From NCBI GenBank assembly GCA_050290185.1, contig JBNKHE010000001.1, forward strand, positions 706,713 to 770,712: DNA of 64,000 nt, in the 5' to 3' direction. Source of the stretch: Pontiella sp. GTDB lineage: Bacteria > Verrucomicrobiota > Kiritimatiellia > Kiritimatiellales > Pontiellaceae. The first letter of the stretch is position 1, and the number at the start of each line of letters is the position of its first letter. This document shows positions 57,284 to 64,000 of this stretch, one piece after another. The translations under genes and the position numbers were made by a program. The notes beneath the pieces were generated by a model that did not search any database, was not told the DNA's origin, and saw only the letters and a program-made list of their open reading frames with translations.

Positions 57284-58948
57284 ATGTTAACACGATTTTT
57301 ATGGCGGCTCCTGCTTCTCTGGTGCGTGATGCCGATGGTTACTTCAGAGGCGGCCTCCCTGACGCGGGGTCCCTATCTCCAATTTGCGTCCCCCACGACG
57401 ATGTCCGTGCGGTGGCGAACAGACACCGTGAACACGGGCCGTGTGTTCTTTGGGGTATCGCAGACCAATCTGAATCAGTCGGTGCAGGAAAGCGGGAACA
57501 CGGATGAACATGAGATACCGCTCTCGGGCTTACAGCCTGCGACAACCTACTACTACGCCGTCGGGACCGGAACCAACATCCTGGCCGGCGATGAAAGCTA
57601 CCGGTTCAGAACGTTTCCCGCAGCCGGCACAAGAGACTCGATCCGCGCCTGGATACTCGGAGATCCGGGAACGGGATCGGTCAATGCCCTGGCCGTCTAT
57701 ACCGCCTATCTGGGCTTCACCGGAACGAACCGGACCGACCTTCTGCTTACGCTGGGCGACAACACCTACGAAAACGGAACCGATGCAGAATTTCAAACCG
57801 GCTTTTTTACCCCTTACCAGGAAATACTGCGGACCACTCCGGTCTTTCCGAGCTTTGGCAACCACGATGGCAGATCCTCCAACAGCTCGTCCCAGACCGG
57901 CCCCTATTACAATAACTTTTCCCTTCCGACAGCCGCAGAGTGCGGCGGCAGGGCATCAGCAACGGAAGCCTATTACAGCGTCGACTATGGCAATGCGCAT
58001 TTTATCTGCCTGGACTCCTATGGATCCGACCGCACCACCAACAGCGCCATGTACGCATGGACAAAGCAGGATTTGACCGCATGTACGTCCACATGGATCA
58101 TTGCGTACTGGCATCATCCCCCGTACTCCATGGGCTCCTATAACTCCGATGAGCAAACGAAAATGATCGATATGCGCTCAAACTTTCTCCCGCTGCTGGA
58201 GCAGTATGGCGTTGATCTGGTGCTGGGGGGACATAGCCATGCTTACGAGCGAACCTATTTGATGAATAGCCACTACGGTTATTCCGGAAGCTACGACTTC
58301 AATAGCCATGCCCTGAATCAGGGCAACGGACAGGAGGGCGGAGATGGCGCGTACATGAAACCATCGGCCATAAAGGCAGCCCATTCCGGAACCGTCTATG
58401 TGGTGTCGGGAGCAAGCGGGAAAGAGGTAACAAGCCTTCTTGGCGACCATCCCGCAATGCAAACCAACCGGCTCGATATGGGCTCGGTGGTACTGGATAT
58501 CGCCAGCAACCGGCTCGATTTCGTTTATCTGAACAAGGATGGCCTTATCTCAGATTCATTTTCCATGCTTAAAGGCGAAGCCGACTATGACGGGGACGGT
58601 ATGCCCGACCTGTGGGAACAGGACAAATTCCGCATCAATGTCGCGCCGGAAGATAATGCGGACGGAGATCCCGCCGATAATCTAAGTGAATTTATCGCAG
58701 GTACCGACCCTGCCAACGCCGATTCCTATTTCAGCATCACCACAAACGTCCTGGACGCAACGAACTTCGTTCTGCACTGGTCCAGCGTCAGCAACCGCTT
58801 CTACAACGTGCAGTGGTCCAGCCATCTGACCAATACCATGGTGAGCATTGCGACGAACCTCCTCTATCCGCAAAACTCCTATACGGACACGCTGAACACG
58901 GCCTTAGAGGCGGGCTTCTACCGTGTAGAGGTTGGCGTCTCTGAATAA
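57284..58948 (+). CDS. Purple acid phosphatase-like metallophosphoesterase with C-terminal Asp-rich/FYR domain
   Basis: RGPYLQ FN3 domain; GDxG, LGDNTY, GNHD, HHPPY, GHSH.YER; C-terminal DYDGDGMPD...FYRVEV. Confidence 0.92.
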   Translation: MLTRFLWRLLLLWCVMPMVTSEAASLTRGPYLQFASPTTMSVRWRTDTVNTGRVFFGVSQTNLNQSVQESGNTDEHEIPLSGLQPATTYYYAVGTGTNILAGDESYRFRTFPAAGTRDSIRAWILGDPGTGSVNALAVYTAYLGFTGTNRTDLLLTLGDNTYENGTDAEFQTGFFTPYQEILRTTPVFPSFGNHDGRSSNSSSQTGPYYNNFSLPTAAECGGRASATEAYYSVDYGNAHFICLDSYGSDRTTNSAMYAWTKQDLTACTSTWIIAYWHHPPYSMGSYNSDEQTKMIDMRSNFLPLLEQYGVDLVLGGHSHAYERTYLMNSHYGYSGSYDFNSHALNQGNGQEGGDGAYMKPSAIKAAHSGTVYVVSGASGKEVTSLLGDHPAMQTNRLDMGSVVLDIASNRLDFVYLNKDGLISDSFSMLKGEADYDGDGMPDLWEQDKFRINVAPEDNADGDPADNLSEFIAGTDPANADSYFSITTNVLDATNFVLHWSSVSNRFYNVQWSSHLTNTMVSIATNLLYPQNSYTDTLNTALEAGFYRVEVGVSE

Positions 58949-58954
58949 CCGGAT

Positions 58955-59104
58955 AGCCGACACTCCACCTTTCAACGCCTTCGAAGCCGGTCATGAGATA
59001 ACCATGACAGACCGCCCTCGGCTGGACCGGCGAAAACCATAGGGCGTTGACGCGAAGGTCGCACAAAGACGACAGCGTTCCACCACGCCCGGAAAGTGCC
59101 AGCC
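58955..59104 (-). ncRNA. Candidate structured non-coding RNA, unclassified
   Basis: Nested stems; the closing stem pairs fully only on the minus strand, via G-U pairs (see findings). Confidence 0.35.
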
Positions 59105-59134
59105 AGGGGCAATGATTCTGGAATGGACACCGTG

Positions 59135-59509
59135 TTATTCGGCGTTGGTGAGATACATGGTGGCGGTGGCTTTGGCGACCAGCTCGCCGGCGGCATTCCT
59201 GATCGCCCCTTCCACATAGGCCGTGCGGCGGGTGGCATGGATAAGGAAGCCGGTGGCGGTCAACCGGCCTTTCTTAACGGCCGTGAGATAATTGATCTTC
59301 ATCTCGAGCGTGACGCCGGTATTGCGCTCCGGCGGCAGGGTGTCAAAAAAGGCGCGCGACATGGTGGTATCGAGCAGCGTGAACAGGACGCCGCCGTGCG
59401 CATGGCCATAGCGATTCCAATGCCGCTCTTCCAGTTCCAGTTCCATAACGTAGGCACCGTCGCGCATACCGACATCGATGAGCCCGACCTGTTCGTTAAA
59501 ATCCTTCAT
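59135..59509 (-). CDS. PaaI family hotdog thioesterase
   Basis: N.YG.AHGGVLFTLLD, TLEMKINYL; GGAGG RBS. Confidence 0.92.
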   Translation of the reverse strand: MKDFNEQVGLIDVGMRDGAYVMELELEERHWNRYGHAHGGVLFTLLDTTMSRAFFDTLPPERNTGVTLEMKINYLTAVKKGRLTATGFLIHATRRTAYVEGAIRNAAGELVAKATATMYLTNAE

Positions 59510-59599
59510 GCCACCTCCATAGCCTGACTACATTTTTACCTCGGAGGACACACTGGGCCCCGAGGCAACGCCGGGGTATTTCGTGATTACTAAAACACA

Positions 59600-61777
59600 T
59601 CATGCAACCTCCGCCTTCACAGTTTGGGCTTCTCGTTCACGGATAAATTCGAGCACTTCATGGAATATTTTTTCGCGTCCGTTCTGCTGGACCAGATTGT
59701 GGTAGTCGGCCTCCACGAACACTTTTTTCTTAATGCTGGACGCGATATGCTTGTAGATGACATCGGCGCTTTCGGGATCGGCCACCGGATCGTCGGATCC
59801 ATGGATGATCAGGCAAGGAGCCTCCACTTCGGCCAGATGATCGCGGCAGACGGACATGAGATTGCAGAACTCCCGTACGCCTTCGAGATAGTGCACGGGA
59901 TAGTTAATATCAGGGGTTTCAGATATATTCTCGATGCTCTCGGCCATCGTGACTCCCATCCCGATTTTTTTCATCATCCGGTTCCAGCCCAGCGCGGCAG
60001 GAGCAATGGTGCAGGTGTGGCGCTTCATCAGGATCAACGGCGTATCGATGCAGAAGATGGAATCGATGGCGCTTTGCTTGCGGGCGGCATTCAGCAACAC
60101 CAGCAGGGCGCCGGCGGAGAAACCGCCGAGAATCACTTTCTGGCAGCTGTTGCGTACAACGGCATAAGCGCGGTTGAACGACAGTACCCAGTCCTTCCAG
60201 GTGACATCGCGCAGCTGTTCCGGTGCCGTACCGAAGCCCTGGAGCCGAACACCGTAGACCGTGTAGCCGGCATCGTGCAGGTATTCGCCGAGCGGCCGCA
60301 TTTCCTCGGGCGCCGCGAGATAGCCGTGGCAGAGCACAATGCCCGTGTCACGATTAGGCGATTTGAGAAAGAACGGCCGGCCAATGGATGGCGCTTTGGA
60401 CAGCCCTTCTTTAAAGTACTGGGCATAGTCCTCCTCGAAGTGCTGAACATCCAGTGCCGCCATACGCTCGGCCAGCTCCTCCCTCCGACCGGATGAAGAC
60501 ATGTTGACATATCGCGTTACGGCTTGGACGACAAACGACAAAGGTTCCACCTCGTTGGCGATCACTTTGGTCGCACCGCGCAATCGCACGGTCTCCGGGG
60601 AAGCGGCCTGCTTCATTTTACGGCGGACAATGCAATAATTACCGTTTTTACGGGAAACAATCCCTTCCTTTTTTGCCAGCGCATAGATGTCTTCCAGCGG
60701 GCCGTAGGGTTCGTCGGCAACGATCTTGATCAGATCGTTGTAAAGCGATTCATGCACACGCCGGTTGTCGTGCTCGCGGATGGTGAGCGCCGAGAGATAC
60801 AGCGCCCGGTGAAAATCATCAATGGGAATCGAGTCGGCCTTCATCTCCCGCAACCCGATGCAAAAGAGATGGTCCATGTTGACGGCGGTGGTGGAGTAGA
60901 TGGTTTTCATGAACCGTTCGGTCAGAGGCCAGCGCTGGGTCGAAAGCACCAGGCTCTCCCGCCGCGGCTCCTTGAGCAAAGGCAGATTGCGCAAGCGGGC
61001 AAGCGGACGTGCAAGATACTCATCCACCGGAATTGCGGGGCTGAAATAGATCGTCATGTCCGTATGTCGAAGCAGCAGGCTCCCTTCCGTCTTGAGTTCC
61101 TCGATCAGATAGTCCGGTATGTCATGCTTGATGCCGACGGCCATGCGGGAAAGAATATTGTTGTCCGGCCGCAGCGGATAGAAAGTAATGTTAACCGGGG
61201 TGACCACCAGCTCGGGAAAAAACTGGCATTGGTCCTGTTCAATACCGTAGCGCTCGCCCAGCTCCTTGATCACATCGGCATTCCCCCCGCGGCAGGCCTC
61301 CAAAAACTTTTCACGAACCAACGCGGCCTTGAGGGCCAGCACCGCGGCCCCCGTATGCGGCCGCCTCGCCTGACGGGGAAGCGACATCCGCAACTTGCCG
61401 TGCTCAACCACCTTCTTGTTTTTGACCATCACCCCTTCGGGAAATATGACCCAATCGTGCCGACCCGAAACCAGGTCGCCAATGATCAAGCGGTTGCGCA
61501 GGGGCTCGAGTGTTGAAAGTGCGCCCATCCGCCGAAGGTATTCACCGAACAAGCCTTTGAAGAGCTTGCCGTGGGCCAGGGCACGCAGTTCCTTGTCGGT
61601 ATGCTTGTACAGCACGTAGGGAACGATGAAGGTTTCCATCCGTGTGAAATGGTTTACCACGAAAAGCGTCGGCCGGTCGGTGATGTTTTCCAATCCCTCG
61701 ACGTGGATGGACAGCTTGAGCATGCGGTGCATCAGCCCTATCATTGCTGCGGTTGCCCTGAACACCCGGGTTGCCAT
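59600..61777 (-). CDS. PlsC-type acyltransferase fused to alpha/beta-hydrolase (carboxylesterase)
   Basis: VVNHFTRME and IFPEG acyltransferase motifs; LCHG, GFSAG, HGSDDPVA, H at the C-terminus. Confidence 0.85.
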   Translation of the reverse strand: MATRVFRATAAMIGLMHRMLKLSIHVEGLENITDRPTLFVVNHFTRMETFIVPYVLYKHTDKELRALAHGKLFKGLFGEYLRRMGALSTLEPLRNRLIIGDLVSGRHDWVIFPEGVMVKNKKVVEHGKLRMSLPRQARRPHTGAAVLALKAALVREKFLEACRGGNADVIKELGERYGIEQDQCQFFPELVVTPVNITFYPLRPDNNILSRMAVGIKHDIPDYLIEELKTEGSLLLRHTDMTIYFSPAIPVDEYLARPLARLRNLPLLKEPRRESLVLSTQRWPLTERFMKTIYSTTAVNMDHLFCIGLREMKADSIPIDDFHRALYLSALTIREHDNRRVHESLYNDLIKIVADEPYGPLEDIYALAKKEGIVSRKNGNYCIVRRKMKQAASPETVRLRGATKVIANEVEPLSFVVQAVTRYVNMSSSGRREELAERMAALDVQHFEEDYAQYFKEGLSKAPSIGRPFFLKSPNRDTGIVLCHGYLAAPEEMRPLGEYLHDAGYTVYGVRLQGFGTAPEQLRDVTWKDWVLSFNRAYAVVRNSCQKVILGGFSAGALLVLLNAARKQSAIDSIFCIDTPLILMKRHTCTIAPAALGWNRMMKKIGMGVTMAESIENISETPDINYPVHYLEGVREFCNLMSVCRDHLAEVEAPCLIIHGSDDPVADPESADVIYKHIASSIKKKVFVEADYHNLVQQNGREKIFHEVLEFIREREAQTVKAEVA

Positions 61778-61803
61778 ATTCTACCTCACTTAATCCCTGC
61801 GGT

Positions 61804-63699
61804 CTATTCTTCCGGACCGATCCAAATGATCCCCTCTTCGAGCCATCGGGCATCGCCGGACGAAACCTTTCTGGCCAGCTGGTCGATGGCACGGTTGTCG
61901 TTGCAGCGCAACGCGGCAAAGTGGGCCTTGATCCGGCGGGCCGCCTGCCTGCAGAAGAGGTCGGCCAGCTCAATCCCCATCGCACCCCCGGGCTGGTCTT
62001 TGGCAGCCAGCGCATAGCTGCACGTGGCAGACATCGTGAACAGCTCCGTGCCGATATCCATCAGGTGCCCCAGCACAATCTGGCGGCGGTCGAGGGTCGG
62101 ACCATAACGCGCCATGGCATGGAGCAAGCCTCTCGCCAGACGGTGTGATGTGCGGTTTGCATAACGGATGTGCCGCACCAAAGGGCCCGCACCTTCCGGC
62201 AGTCGTAGCGGCTGAAGGCTGATCCACTGCCGCGGATACCACAGTGCATAGAATCCCAGCAGCGTGAATGATGTTCCGATTTTTTTACCCAGCGGGGTCC
62301 CCGGCTTCATCAGCGGCCCCGCCATTTGAAGGTGCGGATCCATCGCCTCGCGCGCGAGGAACAGGCGCATGATTTCCGACGATCCCTCAATGATCGTGTT
62401 GATCCGCGCATCGCGCATCATTCGCTCCACCGGATAGGGCGTTTCACCCCGTTCCTTCAGTGAAGCCGCCGTTTCATAGCCGCGGCCACCGCGCAACTGG
62501 AGGGTCTGGTCGACGATCTTCCAGCCGTACTCGGTGCAGAAATACTTGGCCATGGCGGCCTCCAGCCGGATGTCCATGTTTTTCAGGTCGACGTAGCGCG
62601 AAGTCAGCATCGTGAGCGCCTCCATGGCAAAGGTCGTCGAGGCAATGAACGCGATCTTTTCGCGGCCGGCCTCATGCTGTCCAATGGGTTGCCCCCACTG
62701 TACGCGCTCGTTCCCCCAGCGCCGCGCAATCGACAGGCACTGCTTTCCCAGACCGGTACAGGCCGCGGGCAGTGTAAGGCGCCCGATGTTGAGCGTGTCC
62801 AGCGCCAGCTTAAGTCCGCGCCCCTCGTCGCCAATACGGTTTCCGACGGGAACCTTCACATCGGTAAACTTCAGGTTGCCGTTCTGCATGCCGTTCAGCC
62901 CCATGAAGTCGCAGCGCTGCACCACCTCCACACCGGGCATGTCGCGCTCGACAATGAAAGCACTGATCTGCTGGCGCTCCTTGCCCTTGATGACTTTCGG
63001 CGCGGTCTTCGCCATCACCACGAATACATCGGCCACCGGAGAGTTCGTGCACCATTGCTTGGCTCCATTGAGGATGTAGTGCGTACCGTCTTCCGAAAGC
63101 TTCGCTTCGGTGGTCATGCGCGCCGGGTCGGATCCCACATCCGGTTCGGTCAGTGCAAAGGCGGAAATTTTACCGTCCACGAACCACGGGAAATATTTTT
63201 TCTTCTGTTCCTCCGTACCGAACAGTTTGAGCGGTTGCGGCACGCCGATCGACTGGTGCGCCGAAGCCAGCACCGCCGTCGATCCGCAGTAGGAGGCAAT
63301 CATCATCATGATGCGGTTGTAGTTGACCTGCGACAGTCCGAGCCCGCCGTATTCCTTCGGAACCTTGAGCGCAAAGACGCCCAGCTTCGCGAGCCCGTTC
63401 ATCACCTCGTCCGGAATCTCGCGGGTGCGGTCGACTTCATCGGGATCGAGATGTTCTTCCAGAAATTTCCGGATGCGCCCGATATGCACATCGCCTTCGG
63501 CCTTGTCGTCCTCCGGCTGCATCGGAAAGGGAAACATCAGATCGCCGCGCCAGCGGCCCATGAACATTTCGCTGCAAAAGCTCGGCTGATTCCACGTGGT
63601 CTGGCGCGAAGCTTCCGCCACTTCAAGCGCCGCGCGCTTGCCTTCGCTCATCTTCGAAGTATCGATTACCATCTCGTCATCATGTTCATGCTGGTCCAT
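61804..63699 (-). CDS. Acyl-CoA dehydrogenase (VLCAD/ACAD9-like)
   Basis: VPKEYGGLG, AFALTEP.VGSD, LNG.K.W.TN, LNIGR, GGRGY, RDARIN.I.EG.SE. Confidence 0.95.
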   Translation of the reverse strand: MDQHEHDDEMVIDTSKMSEGKRAALEVAEASRQTTWNQPSFCSEMFMGRWRGDLMFPFPMQPEDDKAEGDVHIGRIRKFLEEHLDPDEVDRTREIPDEVMNGLAKLGVFALKVPKEYGGLGLSQVNYNRIMMMIASYCGSTAVLASAHQSIGVPQPLKLFGTEEQKKKYFPWFVDGKISAFALTEPDVGSDPARMTTEAKLSEDGTHYILNGAKQWCTNSPVADVFVVMAKTAPKVIKGKERQQISAFIVERDMPGVEVVQRCDFMGLNGMQNGNLKFTDVKVPVGNRIGDEGRGLKLALDTLNIGRLTLPAACTGLGKQCLSIARRWGNERVQWGQPIGQHEAGREKIAFIASTTFAMEALTMLTSRYVDLKNMDIRLEAAMAKYFCTEYGWKIVDQTLQLRGGRGYETAASLKERGETPYPVERMMRDARINTIIEGSSEIMRLFLAREAMDPHLQMAGPLMKPGTPLGKKIGTSFTLLGFYALWYPRQWISLQPLRLPEGAGPLVRHIRYANRTSHRLARGLLHAMARYGPTLDRRQIVLGHLMDIGTELFTMSATCSYALAAKDQPGGAMGIELADLFCRQAARRIKAHFAALRCNDNRAIDQLARKVSSGDARWLEEGIIWIGPEE

Positions 63700-63710
63700 T
63701 TTCGACTCCT

Positions 63711-64000
63711 TTATCCAGTCTCCGCACTGCCGTAAAACATTCCGCCCTGCAGCGCCATGGTCTGCAGCAGATCGCAGGGTTTGAACCGTTCGCCGCCGGA
63801 CTCCTGCAATTCATCCAGGCGTTTGACCACATTGGCCATGCCGCTTTCATCCGCATAGCGCAGCAGCCCGCCCCGGAATGGAGGGAAGCCGATCCCGGCG
63901 ATCAGCGCCATGTCCAGATAGTCGGCGCGCTCCACAATACGCTCCTGCAGGCACATGGCCGCCTCGTTCAGCATGGTGAGCATCAACCGGTCGACGATTG
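63711..64000 (-). CDS. C-terminus of a FadJ/FadB-type 3-hydroxyacyl-CoA dehydrogenase multifunctional enzyme (5'-truncated)
   Basis: IVDRL...MLNEAA.CL.E.IV...LD.A...GIGFPPFRGG.LRYAD. Confidence 0.9.
   Translation of the reverse strand, partial: IVDRLMLTMLNEAAMCLQERIVERADYLDMALIAGIGFPPFRGGLLRYADESGMANVVKRLDELQESGGERFKPCDLLQTMALQGGMFYGSAETG

Noticed and set aside
59080..59092. CCGGGCGTGGTGG on the minus strand resembles the Alu/SRP 5' sequence
   Set aside because: No SRP S-domain helix-8 motif nearby; a short match is likely chance.
1..64000. tRNA, rRNA, transposase, integrase, riboswitch
   Set aside because: No recognisable sequence or motif found by eye; a covariance-model scan was not possible.

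Overview
Bacterial chromosomal window. The protein architectures suggest a PVC-superphylum organism, most likely Kiritimatiellota (Pontiella-like); this is inference only. About 43 kb (525-43589, all minus strand) is a Wzx/Wzy-type exopolysaccharide locus, bounded on both sides within the window. In transcription order it encodes a large beta-helix glycanase-like protein with Ig repeats, a lipoprotein, Wza, an outer-membrane beta-barrel, a PEP-CTERM protein, Wzc, Wzx, a pyruvyl-transferase-family protein, Wzy, about ten glycosyltransferases, a WcaF-like acetyltransferase, a UDP-GlcA epimerase and a duplicated CDP-sugar/C-methyltransferase cassette. The most unusual part sits inside this locus: a translationally coupled, condensation-domain-free NRPS-like module (T-TE, A-T-TE, VanZ-LamG membrane protein). 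Both TE domains carry a Cys nucleophile and the A domain has a proline-like specificity code, so the module is a candidate system for amino-acylating a polysaccharide. Regulatory signals read from the DNA include four sigma-54-type promoters, an ops/JUMPstart-like element upstream of wzx and several internal terminators. The right third holds an FGE-domain surface protein, DUF2851, an internally deleted MFS remnant, a U32 protein, an EF-G paralogue, two kinase-domain-less HisKA membrane proteins, an XRE regulator, a purple acid phosphatase, a candidate structured ncRNA and the end of a beta-oxidation operon. No rRNA, tRNA, CRISPR array, transposase, integrase or reverse transcriptase was found. 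All family assignments come from motif recognition by eye; no database searches were run.
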